This document shows, piece by piece, positions 55,438-64,000 of a stretch of DNA of 64,000 bases (position 1 is the first letter of the stretch; the number at the start of each line of letters is the position of its first letter). The translations under genes and the position numbers were made by a program. Under the pieces are notes generated by a model. It searched no databases and was not told the DNA's origin. It saw only the letters and a program-made list of their open reading frames with translations. The DNA comes from a virus (lineage: Duplodnaviria > Caudoviricetes), in the IMG/VR virus record IMGVR_UViG_3300028864_000017; one strand, given 5' to 3'.

Positions 55438-55875
55438 ATGTATTCAGTGTATGAGGAATTAATAGGTAAGATTATAATTAAGATAGATAAATGTGTAAAT
55501 GATGATAATAATGAAGATAATATAACATTTTATTTATCAAATGGAGAAATTTATGAGTTATGTCATTATGATGATTGTTGTGAAAGTGTATCAATAGAAG
55601 ATATAAATGGAGATTTGGATGATTTGATAGGATATAAATTAATTCAAGCAGAAGAATCATATGAAGATGATAAAAATGCATCAGAATCTGGTACTTGGTC
55701 ATTTTATAAATTTGGTACATCAAAAGGTTATGTAACTATACGTTGGTATGGAACATCTAATGGTTATTATAGTGAAACTGCAAGTATGAATAAAATTGAT
55801 AAAACATTATCAATTAAAGAACTTAGAAATTATAAATTATGTAAGATAGAAAATATAAAAAAAGAGTCAATTTAA
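55438..55875 (+). CDS. Hypothetical protein
   Basis: HYDDCCESV..GTWSFYK..RWYGTSNGYYSE. Confidence 0.72.
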   Translation: MYSVYEELIGKIIIKIDKCVNDDNNEDNITFYLSNGEIYELCHYDDCCESVSIEDINGDLDDLIGYKLIQAEESYEDDKNASESGTWSFYKFGTSKGYVTIRWYGTSNGYYSETASMNKIDKTLSIKELRNYKLCKIENIKKESI

Positions 55876-55890
55876 ATTGACTCTTTTTTT
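55858..55890. terminator. Bidirectional intrinsic terminator
   Basis: AAAAAGAGTCAAT-TTAA-ATTGACTCTTTTT. Confidence 0.85.
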
Positions 55891-56662
55891 ATACTATTAG
55901 TTCTAATGAAATTAGTAATGTGGTATTTGCATTGTCAATTAATATAAAAGTATCAAAAACATATACTGTTATTTCATTTTCTGTAAAAGTTATAGATTTG
56001 AAATATTTCTTAGGAAAAGTTATAGATAATTCATCATGCTCAATTTTACATATTTCTAAATCCCAATTATTCTCACCAATTGTAAGTGCATTATCAATTA
56101 CATTTAATGTTAAAATATCATTTTCACTGTCTATACTGCCTATTTTTTTTATTTTCAAAAAGGAATTTTTATCAAGTGAAAATTGAAAATCTATTAAATC
56201 TTTATTTAGAACTGATGCAATCATATTCATGTCAATATTAGTATTTACTGCTCTACAATCTCCTCCAGTTATACTTAATTTTAGTTTTGAATTCTTTAAT
56301 TTAAAATTATCTACATAAGTGTCATCATTCATAAAAAATTCACATTTTATGGTTTCTTGATAATCTAAATAATTTCTAAGAGTAATTTCAAACTTTTTTG
56401 CATCGGTTATAATAAATCTTATTTCTTTTTCTATATCTGATACAAATGAAAAAATTTCATCTGTTTTAAAAATATATGATTTGAATGCGTTTATATTATT
56501 TTTTTCACCAACAGCAGCGTATAGTAATATTTTTTCTTTGTCTATTTTTAATAGAATTTCATTATCTATCGCTGTTAAATCATGAACTTTTTCTAAGAAA
56601 AATGCTAATTGTATTAAATCCATTGAGAATTTATAAGAAATTGATGTAGGTATTGTTGCCAT
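55889..56662 (-). CDS. Possible DNA sliding clamp (gp45/PCNA-like)
   Basis: 257 aa with two alpha/beta repeats typical of clamp folds; no diagnostic motif. Confidence 0.4.
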   Translation of the reverse strand: MATIPTSISYKFSMDLIQLAFFLEKVHDLTAIDNEILLKIDKEKILLYAAVGEKNNINAFKSYIFKTDEIFSFVSDIEKEIRFIITDAKKFEITLRNYLDYQETIKCEFFMNDDTYVDNFKLKNSKLKLSITGGDCRAVNTNIDMNMIASVLNKDLIDFQFSLDKNSFLKIKKIGSIDSENDILTLNVIDNALTIGENNWDLEICKIEHDELSITFPKKYFKSITFTENEITVYVFDTFILIDNANTTLLISLELIV

Positions 56663-56786
56663 TTGTGTTTGATTTTAATTTATCTAATATATAATTTTTT
56701 TAAAATATTGTTTGTTAAAAATATAAAATTATTTATATATATAGACAAAAATATGTATATTTGCACTTTAAAAATAATTGATAATA

Positions 56787-57173
56787 ATGATAACAAATTT
56801 TAAAACATTTGAATCATATAATAAAATGATAAAAGAATATATACTACAGTATCCAATTTCTAGAAGTGGTAAAGTTGGCGGAGAAGGTACACACGTAATG
56901 TGCTTACCTAGTGATGAATATCCTAAAAAATATTGGAATAAAATTATATTTGTTTCTGTTGATACACAAGGTAAATATCAATTACGTGATATGACAGGAT
57001 CAAATAAAGAAAGATTGACAACTTTTGGTGGCTACTATAGTTTATTCTTTGGTTCTGCAATTCCAAATAAGCATTTTAGATGGATACCAAATTCTGTAAT
57101 ATATGATAGAGTTGGTAATAAAGTTGGTAATGTAGATGAAGTTCAGATAGATTCTGAAAAATATAACATATAA
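56787..57173 (+). CDS. Hypothetical protein, K[FY]N[ILV]-COOH family
   Basis: Likely start MITNFKTFE at 56787; ends SEKYNI. Confidence 0.7.
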   Translation: MITNFKTFESYNKMIKEYILQYPISRSGKVGGEGTHVMCLPSDEYPKKYWNKIIFVSVDTQGKYQLRDMTGSNKERLTTFGGYYSLFFGSAIPNKHFRWIPNSVIYDRVGNKVGNVDEVQIDSEKYNI

Positions 57174-57208
57174 AAATTAAGAGTTTATAATATAAACTCT
57201 TAATTTTT

Positions 57209-59293
57209 TTATCTTCCAGGATATCTTGGACCAGAAATTGCAGGAGTTCTCCTATATATTCTACTGTGTGCTCCAATTATTCCTGCTGTATTTTCAGACA
57301 TACTTGTAATATTTTCAACATATCTTAGCATATCTCCTTGTATATTATTATTTACATATAATTCTACTAAGTTTTTATATCCTATATTATCAAAGCATGT
57401 GGATAGTGTTATCGTTGTCATTACAACATCATCATTGCCACTCTCAGCTTTGTATGTAATCATACCAGAAGTTGTCTCATGCTTACTAAAAGTGGTTATT
57501 TCCTTTATGTTTATCTCACTGTGTAATATCATTTTTCTATTTCTAATAGATTGTTGAAATTCTTTATCGATAATTAGATGTTTATCTTTACTTAATTTCA
57601 TTCCTATCTTGCCTGCTATGTCTTCTCTATTGTGTTTATATCTTAAGAATACTGAGTTTGAGTAATTGTTTTTACCATCAAATACATTAGGTAAATGAGC
57701 CAATAATTCAGAACCATATGTATTATATTCAAGTACAATTTTTGTTTTTTCTGGATCAAATAACTCAAATGCTATTAGATATAGCATATGTGCAAGTTCT
57801 CTTATTGAATATAAATTATTTCTGAATAATCCTATCTGTTCAAGTTTAAATAAATCTTGTATGTTATCATATTGATATTTTTCTATTTCATTTTTGTCTC
57901 TTAATGCTAATCTAAATATATTTATAACAGAATAATCCTTTGCTAATCCTTCTGATAAGTCAATTGATAATACAGTATAATAATCTTTTGCTCTTGCAAC
58001 ATTAAACAGATTTAAATCTTTTACGAATTTCAAAGAATCATATGGAAATTTAAATTTATCAAATTGATTTATATTTATATTATCAAAAGGTATTTGATAA
58101 CTTTTCAATAAATCAATAGTGTCTTTATTAAATAGAATTTTATCTCCAGTGACAAAATGTAAGCCGTATTCTTGATCAAATTTATCAGATGATAATAATA
58201 ATTTTGTTTCTTCTTCTTGCCAATTGCTAACAATTGCCAATTCAGGTAAAGGAATTCCATTTATTCTTATTTTTCTTATATTTTCTATGTGTGTTTTTTC
58301 ATCTTTTATATTGTACGCTACACAGTCAAACATATCTTCTCCTATATATTTTTTATATAATGTTATATCATATTTGTCTCTTATTTCACGTAGTAATGCA
58401 GATTTTGCTATATTATATTTTTTTAATTTAGCTTCCATTATTTTAATTTTTGTGTCCTCTCTTCCTGGTACTTGATTCCACAAAACTCTCATTGCCTTAT
58501 ATGGATTTTTTAATGGGTCGTCCTCTGGTAATTCAGCGTTTGTGAATAATTCCCAAAACATATTATATCCATTTGGTGTAGATGTTATTACTATATGTGA
58601 ATTATTAACTGATGATACTACTGGAATTATAGCTCCATAATAATCTCGAATGAAATTTTCTGGAATGTGAGCAAACTCATCAAGATAAAGAAAGTCAATT
58701 GTAAATCCAATTGATGGATCTTTTGTTCTATTTTCTGTTTGAATTCTGGAATTATTTTCAAATGCAATTTGAGTTTCATTCCAGTTAGTCACTCCTTTTT
58801 TAAGAAAGAATGGTACCAACTTATAAATATCTTTTATTTTTCTTATAATTTCTTTAACTGTCTTTCCTTTATTTGCAACAACCATACAACCTTTATCATC
58901 ATTAAATAGAACAAAATGTAATAATACAATAGCAGCAGAAACTGTCTTACCTGTTTGTCTACTTGCCATTAATATACTTCTTGGATTTTTTGTGTATAAG
59001 TCAATAATATCTTTTTGATAATCACGTAATTTCATAGGACCAATTGATCCATCTTCTCTTTTAATTTGACAATAATGCTCAGCAAAATATTGTACATTTA
59101 TTTTACATTTTATATATTCTTCAAATTCTAACTCAGTCATAGCAAAAGTTAAATTTGTTCTACGAATACCTCTCATGTTAGAGAACCACAGTTTTTCAAA
59201 TCTTTTTAAAGGTTTGCCTAAATTTTCTTTTATTGTTATTTCATTGACAAGTTCTGTTGTTAATATAAAATCTTCAACTTTATTTTCAGCCAT
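57209..59293 (-). CDS. Terminase large subunit (T4 gp17-like)
   Basis: LRDYQ, ASRQTGKT, YLDEFAH, TSTPNG, IDLSEG..DYS, GNDDVVM. Confidence 0.95.
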   Translation of the reverse strand: MAENKVEDFILTTELVNEITIKENLGKPLKRFEKLWFSNMRGIRRTNLTFAMTELEFEEYIKCKINVQYFAEHYCQIKREDGSIGPMKLRDYQKDIIDLYTKNPRSILMASRQTGKTVSAAIVLLHFVLFNDDKGCMVVANKGKTVKEIIRKIKDIYKLVPFFLKKGVTNWNETQIAFENNSRIQTENRTKDPSIGFTIDFLYLDEFAHIPENFIRDYYGAIIPVVSSVNNSHIVITSTPNGYNMFWELFTNAELPEDDPLKNPYKAMRVLWNQVPGREDTKIKIMEAKLKKYNIAKSALLREIRDKYDITLYKKYIGEDMFDCVAYNIKDEKTHIENIRKIRINGIPLPELAIVSNWQEEETKLLLSSDKFDQEYGLHFVTGDKILFNKDTIDLLKSYQIPFDNININQFDKFKFPYDSLKFVKDLNLFNVARAKDYYTVLSIDLSEGLAKDYSVINIFRLALRDKNEIEKYQYDNIQDLFKLEQIGLFRNNLYSIRELAHMLYLIAFELFDPEKTKIVLEYNTYGSELLAHLPNVFDGKNNYSNSVFLRYKHNREDIAGKIGMKLSKDKHLIIDKEFQQSIRNRKMILHSEINIKEITTFSKHETTSGMITYKAESGNDDVVMTTITLSTCFDNIGYKNLVELYVNNNIQGDMLRYVENITSMSENTAGIIGAHSRIYRRTPAISGPRYPGR

Positions 59294-59696
59294 AATTCAT
59301 AATTTTTTTTATTTCTTCATAATTTTCTTCTGTTAATCCAATCCAACCTTTGCAGTGTATTATATTATCAACATAAGGTGAAATTTCAGAAATTTTATCA
59401 TCAATAATCACATATTTATCATGATTATTATTTATTAACCATTTTTTTATTTCTAATCCTCTTAAAGAATTCAAAATAGGAGTATAATCATATATCTTTG
59501 ATTCAACACCTTGTAAATAAAATATTTTTTGTAATTCTTCAATTGTATATCTAACTCTCCATGTTGATATTATAATAGGAATCAAACTAAAATCTTCGCA
59601 AATTCTATTATATATATCAATGCATTTTTTACTCCATATTTTTTTATATTTAGGATTCAAAACGCCATCAATATCAGTAAATATATAATTATTCAT
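59286..59696 (-). CDS. HAD-family protein (Swiss-Army-Knife RNA-repair-like HAD)
   Basis: FTDIDGVLN, ISTWR and YVIIDD motifs. Confidence 0.8.
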   Translation of the reverse strand: MNNYIFTDIDGVLNPKYKKIWSKKCIDIYNRICEDFSLIPIIISTWRVRYTIEELQKIFYLQGVESKIYDYTPILNSLRGLEIKKWLINNNHDKYVIIDDKISEISPYVDNIIHCKGWIGLTEENYEEIKKIMNYG

Positions 59697-60060
59697 AAAT
59701 AAACTCTATATTATATCCTTTTATTAAAAAATCCAATCTTAGAATGTCTTGTAAAGTTCCTTCATATAAATACAAATCAAAATTATAGCCAATTGCCAAT
59801 AGTTCTGGTATGTATGTTTGAATTTGTTCATCTACTAATTTTTTTAGTGTATCAGTAGTGACATTGGTTTGCCAAAGATAATATTCCAAATTTGCTCCCA
59901 TATCTTCATCACCCAGAACATCTCCTTTATTTGTGTATAATATCATTTCTAATTTTTGAACTATAACTTCGACATCATCATCTTCGATAATTTTATCTGA
60001 AGTATATTTTGGATGTCCAGGATATCTTATTGTAAAATCTTTTACGTCATTTAGAGCCAT
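59689..60060 (-). CDS. Baseplate wedge protein (T4 gp25-like)
   Basis: ILYTNKGD...GANLEYYLW; size and context. Confidence 0.7.
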   Translation of the reverse strand: MALNDVKDFTIRYPGHPKYTSDKIIEDDDVEVIVQKLEMILYTNKGDVLGDEDMGANLEYYLWQTNVTTDTLKKLVDEQIQTYIPELLAIGYNFDLYLYEGTLQDILRLDFLIKGYNIEFIYE

Positions 60061-60105
60061 TTTAAACCTTGTTTTTTTATATATATAAAAAAAGATACAT
60101 TATAA

Positions 60106-60384
60106 ATGGATGAGTCAAATTTTATATCGGTTATAGATTACATAGGAAAAATAAATAATGGAGTGGCTGTGCTATTATCTATGAAAGTTATTGATAAAAT
60201 ATATGAATTTGTGTATTGGTTTGATCCAGAAGATGAATATTTATTGTCTTGTGATGATAATTTTTTAAATGATTATAATATAAAAATTATTTATGAATAT
60301 AAAAATTATAAAAAACTCGCTTATTATATACATAACTTTGTATTAGATAACAAAGAAGATATAATTAACGAGTTCTTGAAATAA
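60106..60384 (+). CDS. Hypothetical protein
   Basis: Short ORF. Confidence 0.65.
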   Translation: MDESNFISVIDYIGKINNGVAVLLSMKVIDKIYEFVYWFDPEDEYLLSCDDNFLNDYNIKIIYEYKNYKKLAYYIHNFVLDNKEDIINEFLK

Positions 60385-62334
60385 TTATGTTCTGTATGTC
60401 ACACCTTTCCAAATAATATTAACAGTACTAAATCCTGATGATGATGTAGGATCTTCTCCAAAGTAAATTCCGTTTCTATTTATCCAGCCTCCTCTTAATA
60501 CAACTAATTCATTGTTTCCTATTATGATGTCTCCTAAAACAGGATCTAATCCAATTTGCTTTGATGAATCATATTGTGATGTATTAGAATATGATACAAC
60601 TGTACTACTACCAATTGATGCAGACAATTTTGAATTTCCAATTATTGAACTTGAATAATTAGATGATGTTGCTGTATTACTACGATCAGAACTAATTGAA
60701 TTTGCATTATTTGTAGATGTGATTATACTTTTATACTCATTGGTAGATGCATTTACTGAGTTAGAATTTGATACATAAGTAGATTGTAATACATTTGACT
60801 TAGTAGATGATAATAATGCTCCATTTCTATTGTAATCTTCATTTTCTTTACCAACAAATTCCAAATTTATTGAATCTATTCCATCAATATCTTTCAGTTC
60901 AGTAATAAGATTTGCTTTAACTATTCTATCATATCTACTATATGATGAGAAATATGTTGATAATGTATCAAGAACTTGCTCTCTTATATTATCTTCTGAT
61001 GTATCATCATATCTTCTAATGAAAACATTTACTATATATTTTTTTACTATTGGATCTATAATACTTATAATTGATGATATGCTAACTATACCTTGAATTT
61101 TAAGATAACTTATTATTCTATTTTTTTCATCTTGATTAAGATAAAAATAATCAAAAGGAATATTAAAATAATTAACACTAGCTGAGAAATAATCTGTTAT
61201 TCTTGGTATTAAATATAAATACATTTCATTTAGATTAATGTCTATTGTATCTGTATTAGAATTTAAATCTATTTTAATTGTGTCTAATGTATTAAATGCA
61301 TTTACTTTTGAAAACATATTTAATTTCATTAGATGATATATAAATTGATCAGGTGTGGCAAGAACAAAATTTCTTGAAACATAAGGAATTACAGATCTAG
61401 TATATTCTATACTTTCTCCATCACTTGCAAAATTTATATCAGTTTCAATAAAAATATCAAATAATTTATCTGCTTGAACAACATTTCCTTCGCTATCATA
61501 TATATCTGTTATAAAATTAAATCCATTAACATTGTTGTTTAATATATTACCAGCTAATCCATTAGTTGTAAGATATTTAACTTCTATTACAGCACCAATA
61601 TCTGGAATACAACCATTTATTCCATTTCCAAAATAAACATCAAGTCCTCCATTAAATCCAGTTCTAGTATAACATGCATATTCATCTTGTAGCATATCAT
61701 ATAAATGATCTCTTATCTGTAATGTTACCCCATTTAATGATATTTGAAAATCAAAATTATCTATAGTTGAGCTATTACTAACTACCACTTGATAAGATTG
61801 AGATAATGTACCATCACCAGTAAATGTTTGTGTTTCATATTTACCTTGAACTATATTAATGAAAAATTGACATCCATTTTTTAATGTGTAATAGTTTCTA
61901 TATGTTCCTGTTTTTATTGAATAATATAGACTATTGGATGTATTTTTTAGTTGTGTTTCATTATAAATTACAATTTTTCCTCCTGAAATTTGACTAATAT
62001 CTGTTCCTTGCTTAAGTTTGAATTTCAATGTTCCTTGCGCTGATATTGCTCTGGAAGGATTATGTCCTGATATTCTTGCAATATTTCGAATCGTTCTAAT
62101 AGTAACAGCTTGATCTATATCTAATTGTCTAACTGCATTTTTGACATATAGTACATTTTGTATAAATACTTCTTTTACGAAAGTTAAAATTTGTCCGTAT
62201 GGAGAAGCAGAATTATAAAGAATATTAGATTTTTTATAAGTTGCACTTATCCAATTATTTAACTGATTTGTTAAATTTGCATAACTTAATTCTATGCTAT
62301 TGAAAATTCTATTGAGTTTTGAAATTCTTGCCAC
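60385..62334 (-). CDS. Baseplate wedge subunit (T4 gp6-like)
   Basis: DQA..IRNIARISGHNP, VYFGNG.NG, Y.TT.G..GN, GESIE..R, T.DQF. Confidence 0.8.
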   Translation of the reverse strand: MARISKLNRIFNSIELSYANLTNQLNNWISATYKKSNILYNSASPYGQILTFVKEVFIQNVLYVKNAVRQLDIDQAVTIRTIRNIARISGHNPSRAISAQGTLKFKLKQGTDISQISGGKIVIYNETQLKNTSNSLYYSIKTGTYRNYYTLKNGCQFFINIVQGKYETQTFTGDGTLSQSYQVVVSNSSTIDNFDFQISLNGVTLQIRDHLYDMLQDEYACYTRTGFNGGLDVYFGNGINGCIPDIGAVIEVKYLTTNGLAGNILNNNVNGFNFITDIYDSEGNVVQADKLFDIFIETDINFASDGESIEYTRSVIPYVSRNFVLATPDQFIYHLMKLNMFSKVNAFNTLDTIKIDLNSNTDTIDINLNEMYLYLIPRITDYFSASVNYFNIPFDYFYLNQDEKNRIISYLKIQGIVSISSIISIIDPIVKKYIVNVFIRRYDDTSEDNIREQVLDTLSTYFSSYSRYDRIVKANLITELKDIDGIDSINLEFVGKENEDYNRNGALLSSTKSNVLQSTYVSNSNSVNASTNEYKSIITSTNNANSISSDRSNTATSSNYSSSIIGNSKLSASIGSSTVVSYSNTSQYDSSKQIGLDPVLGDIIIGNNELVVLRGGWINRNGIYFGEDPTSSSGFSTVNIIWKGVTYRT

Positions 62335-62355
62335 TCTTTTTATATTTTTTTTTAA

Positions 62356-63006
62356 TTATTTTATGTGTTTTTTTAAATTTTCACCAATTGTTTCTACCAA
62401 TTTTTTGAGATTTATTTCGGTGTCTTCGTATATTTTTTTGAAAATTTCAAATTTGAAATTGTAATCATCAGAGCCATTTTTTGTAATTGTTAAATCTACA
62501 TTTTGATTGTTACTTAATGATAATTTAAAATTAAAAAAAATTGATTTACAAGGCATTATTGATATTTTTGTTTCATCCACATTAGTTATTGATATATTAG
62601 ATACATCATTATTTTCAAACCATTTATTAATTAATGTTGCTGGAGACTTAACGAATTCTGATAATATTTTAATATTTTCTCCAAATTTATTTTCTTTAAA
62701 AATATTTTTAATTTTATTTTCAAATTCATCTAAGTTTGAAAATTCAATTCTGACATATTCACAATTAATATCATGTAAATAAGTAAAATAATTTTTGGTT
62801 ATTTTTGATTTAGTATTATCAGTAGTAAAAATCAATTTTGTATAAATGATATTAATATCATCATATAAAATTTTATTTATTGATATAATTAATCTCAATT
62901 CATCTGAATTTAATATTTTTTCATAAATAGTATCTACTGATAGTACTTTAGTAGTGTCAAATACTGTTTTTATTTTATTGACTAAATCTTCTATTAAAAT
63001 GTCCAT
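62356..63006 (-). CDS. Hypothetical protein
   Basis: ORF in structural operon. Confidence 0.65.
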   Translation of the reverse strand: MDILIEDLVNKIKTVFDTTKVLSVDTIYEKILNSDELRLIISINKILYDDINIIYTKLIFTTDNTKSKITKNYFTYLHDINCEYVRIEFSNLDEFENKIKNIFKENKFGENIKILSEFVKSPATLINKWFENNDVSNISITNVDETKISIMPCKSIFFNFKLSLSNNQNVDLTITKNGSDDYNFKFEIFKKIYEDTEINLKKLVETIGENLKKHIK

Positions 63007-63009
63007 ATG

Positions 63010-63936
63010 TTAAATTATTTTATATGTTATGTTATATCTATCTGCAAATGTCGAAGTGTTACTTCCATCTACTCTAAGCATAGTAACTTGTAATCCTCTA
63101 TAATAACTTATTCTAGGTTGTCCAACTAATGTATATCCGCATAATAAAGATTGAAATATATTTATAGTAATATTTATACCTACTTTTTTTAATATTGTGT
63201 ATGCTCCGCTATAATCTATTATATTACCAAAGGTATCTTTAAAATATAGATTCTGTACATATATAGTATTACCAGATTTGAACATATCTTCAGTTAATAT
63301 TAATTCTACATATTCTCCTTCCACACATAATGTTTCTCCTGTGTATACATCTGTACAATTGACATATATATTTTCGTTCAAATAGAAATTATCATCAAAT
63401 GTTGATTTTTCTGGTGTTAAATTTATGTATTTTCCTTCAACTATATCTTTTGGCAAATCTGTATAAAAAATGGTTACTTGAGATGATACTCCATTATAAT
63501 TAAACATCATATTAAAATATAATTTTTGAGAATATTGAGCATATTTAGGTTCAATTATTATGTCTAATTTTTGTTTATTTTTTAAATCATGATCTAACAT
63601 AATTATAACATCTCCGCCATTTGTAGATATATTATCATTTATGATATTTAATAACATATTACTAGTGAATGCTGTTGATATTGGATATGAAGATCCAGTA
63701 TTCGCTAAATTATAATTATAAACTTGAGATATGCTAATATTTTCTATTTCATCGTATTCTACTGTAATAACGTTCATTTTTAGTTTAGGATATATTCCTG
63801 AATAATCAACAGATATTGCAGTTGAATCAGAATCAACAAATTGATTGGTTGAATATAATTTTAATAGATTTTCCATATTAGACATTTTGCTTTTTAACTC
63901 ATCAATGCTAGTCTGAGAATATATTAAGCTTTTCAT
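63010..63936 (-). CDS. Hypothetical protein, possibly baseplate/tail-associated
   Basis: Beta-rich ORF co-oriented with the gp6-like gene. Confidence 0.55.
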   Translation of the reverse strand: MKSLIYSQTSIDELKSKMSNMENLLKLYSTNQFVDSDSTAISVDYSGIYPKLKMNVITVEYDEIENISISQVYNYNLANTGSSYPISTAFTSNMLLNIINDNISTNGGDVIIMLDHDLKNKQKLDIIIEPKYAQYSQKLYFNMMFNYNGVSSQVTIFYTDLPKDIVEGKYINLTPEKSTFDDNFYLNENIYVNCTDVYTGETLCVEGEYVELILTEDMFKSGNTIYVQNLYFKDTFGNIIDYSGAYTILKKVGINITINIFQSLLCGYTLVGQPRISYYRGLQVTMLRVDGSNTSTFADRYNITYKII

Positions 63937-64000
63937 TTCCTGTAAATCTAAATTTATTCTAACAAATTCATTTATAATATTAACAAAATTTTCATTTACT

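Noticed and set aside
395-62782. Short antisense or overlapping ORFs in the track (e.g. 395, 2298, 5911, 14422, 17800, 19498, 26645, 31883, 41058, 44677, 50131, 50286, 55920, 58224, 62507)
   Set aside because: They are shadows of longer, motif-bearing genes or tRNAs on the other strand or frame, with Phe/Leu/Ile-rich composition typical of antisense AT-rich DNA.
1-64000. Stop-codon recoding (code 15 or code 4) as in some large phages
   Set aside because: Conserved genes (TerL, gp46, PncB, PepF) are full length in the standard code, and no CUA or UCA suppressor anticodon is present in the array.

Overview
A 64-kb segment of a very AT-rich, standard-code, T4-like jumbo phage (Caudoviricetes), almost certainly infecting a Bacteroidota host. 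The host call rests on repeated TTTG-N19/20-TAnnTTTG sigma-A promoters, A-rich start regions with no Shine-Dalgarno sequence, and Bacteroidota-type SmpB, IF-3 and histone-H1-like genes. Recognisable core genes: gp46-like SMC ATPase, gp13-like neck protein, the C-terminal half of a split family-B DNA polymerase, primase, large terminase, and gp25- and gp6-like baseplate proteins. Accessory genes include PncA and PncB (NAD salvage), PepF, MgsA, CYTH, HD, SLOG, ASCH, an ATP-grasp protein, an amidoligase, ankyrin proteins and three DNA methyltransferases. The top finding is at 49.4-51.3 kb. A host-type promoter drives a 35-aa leader ORF, a 1:2/2:3/3:4 attenuator-like structure with an intrinsic terminator, and an 11-tRNA array (Lys x3, Phe x2, Trp, Ser x3, His x2). 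Leader codons 5-18 are exclusively Ser/Lys/His/Phe/Trp, the amino acids the array supplies, which suggests a ribosome-stalling sensor that switches on phage tRNAs when the matching host tRNAs are depleted. Also notable: tRNAs with altered body plans, an interrupted tRNA, an unexplained structured RNA, and two shared C-terminal peptide tags on otherwise unrelated proteins (K[FY]N[ILV]-COOH on 12; RxxK[LI]xx[LI] on about 11). All calls come from reading motifs by eye; no database search or folding program was run.
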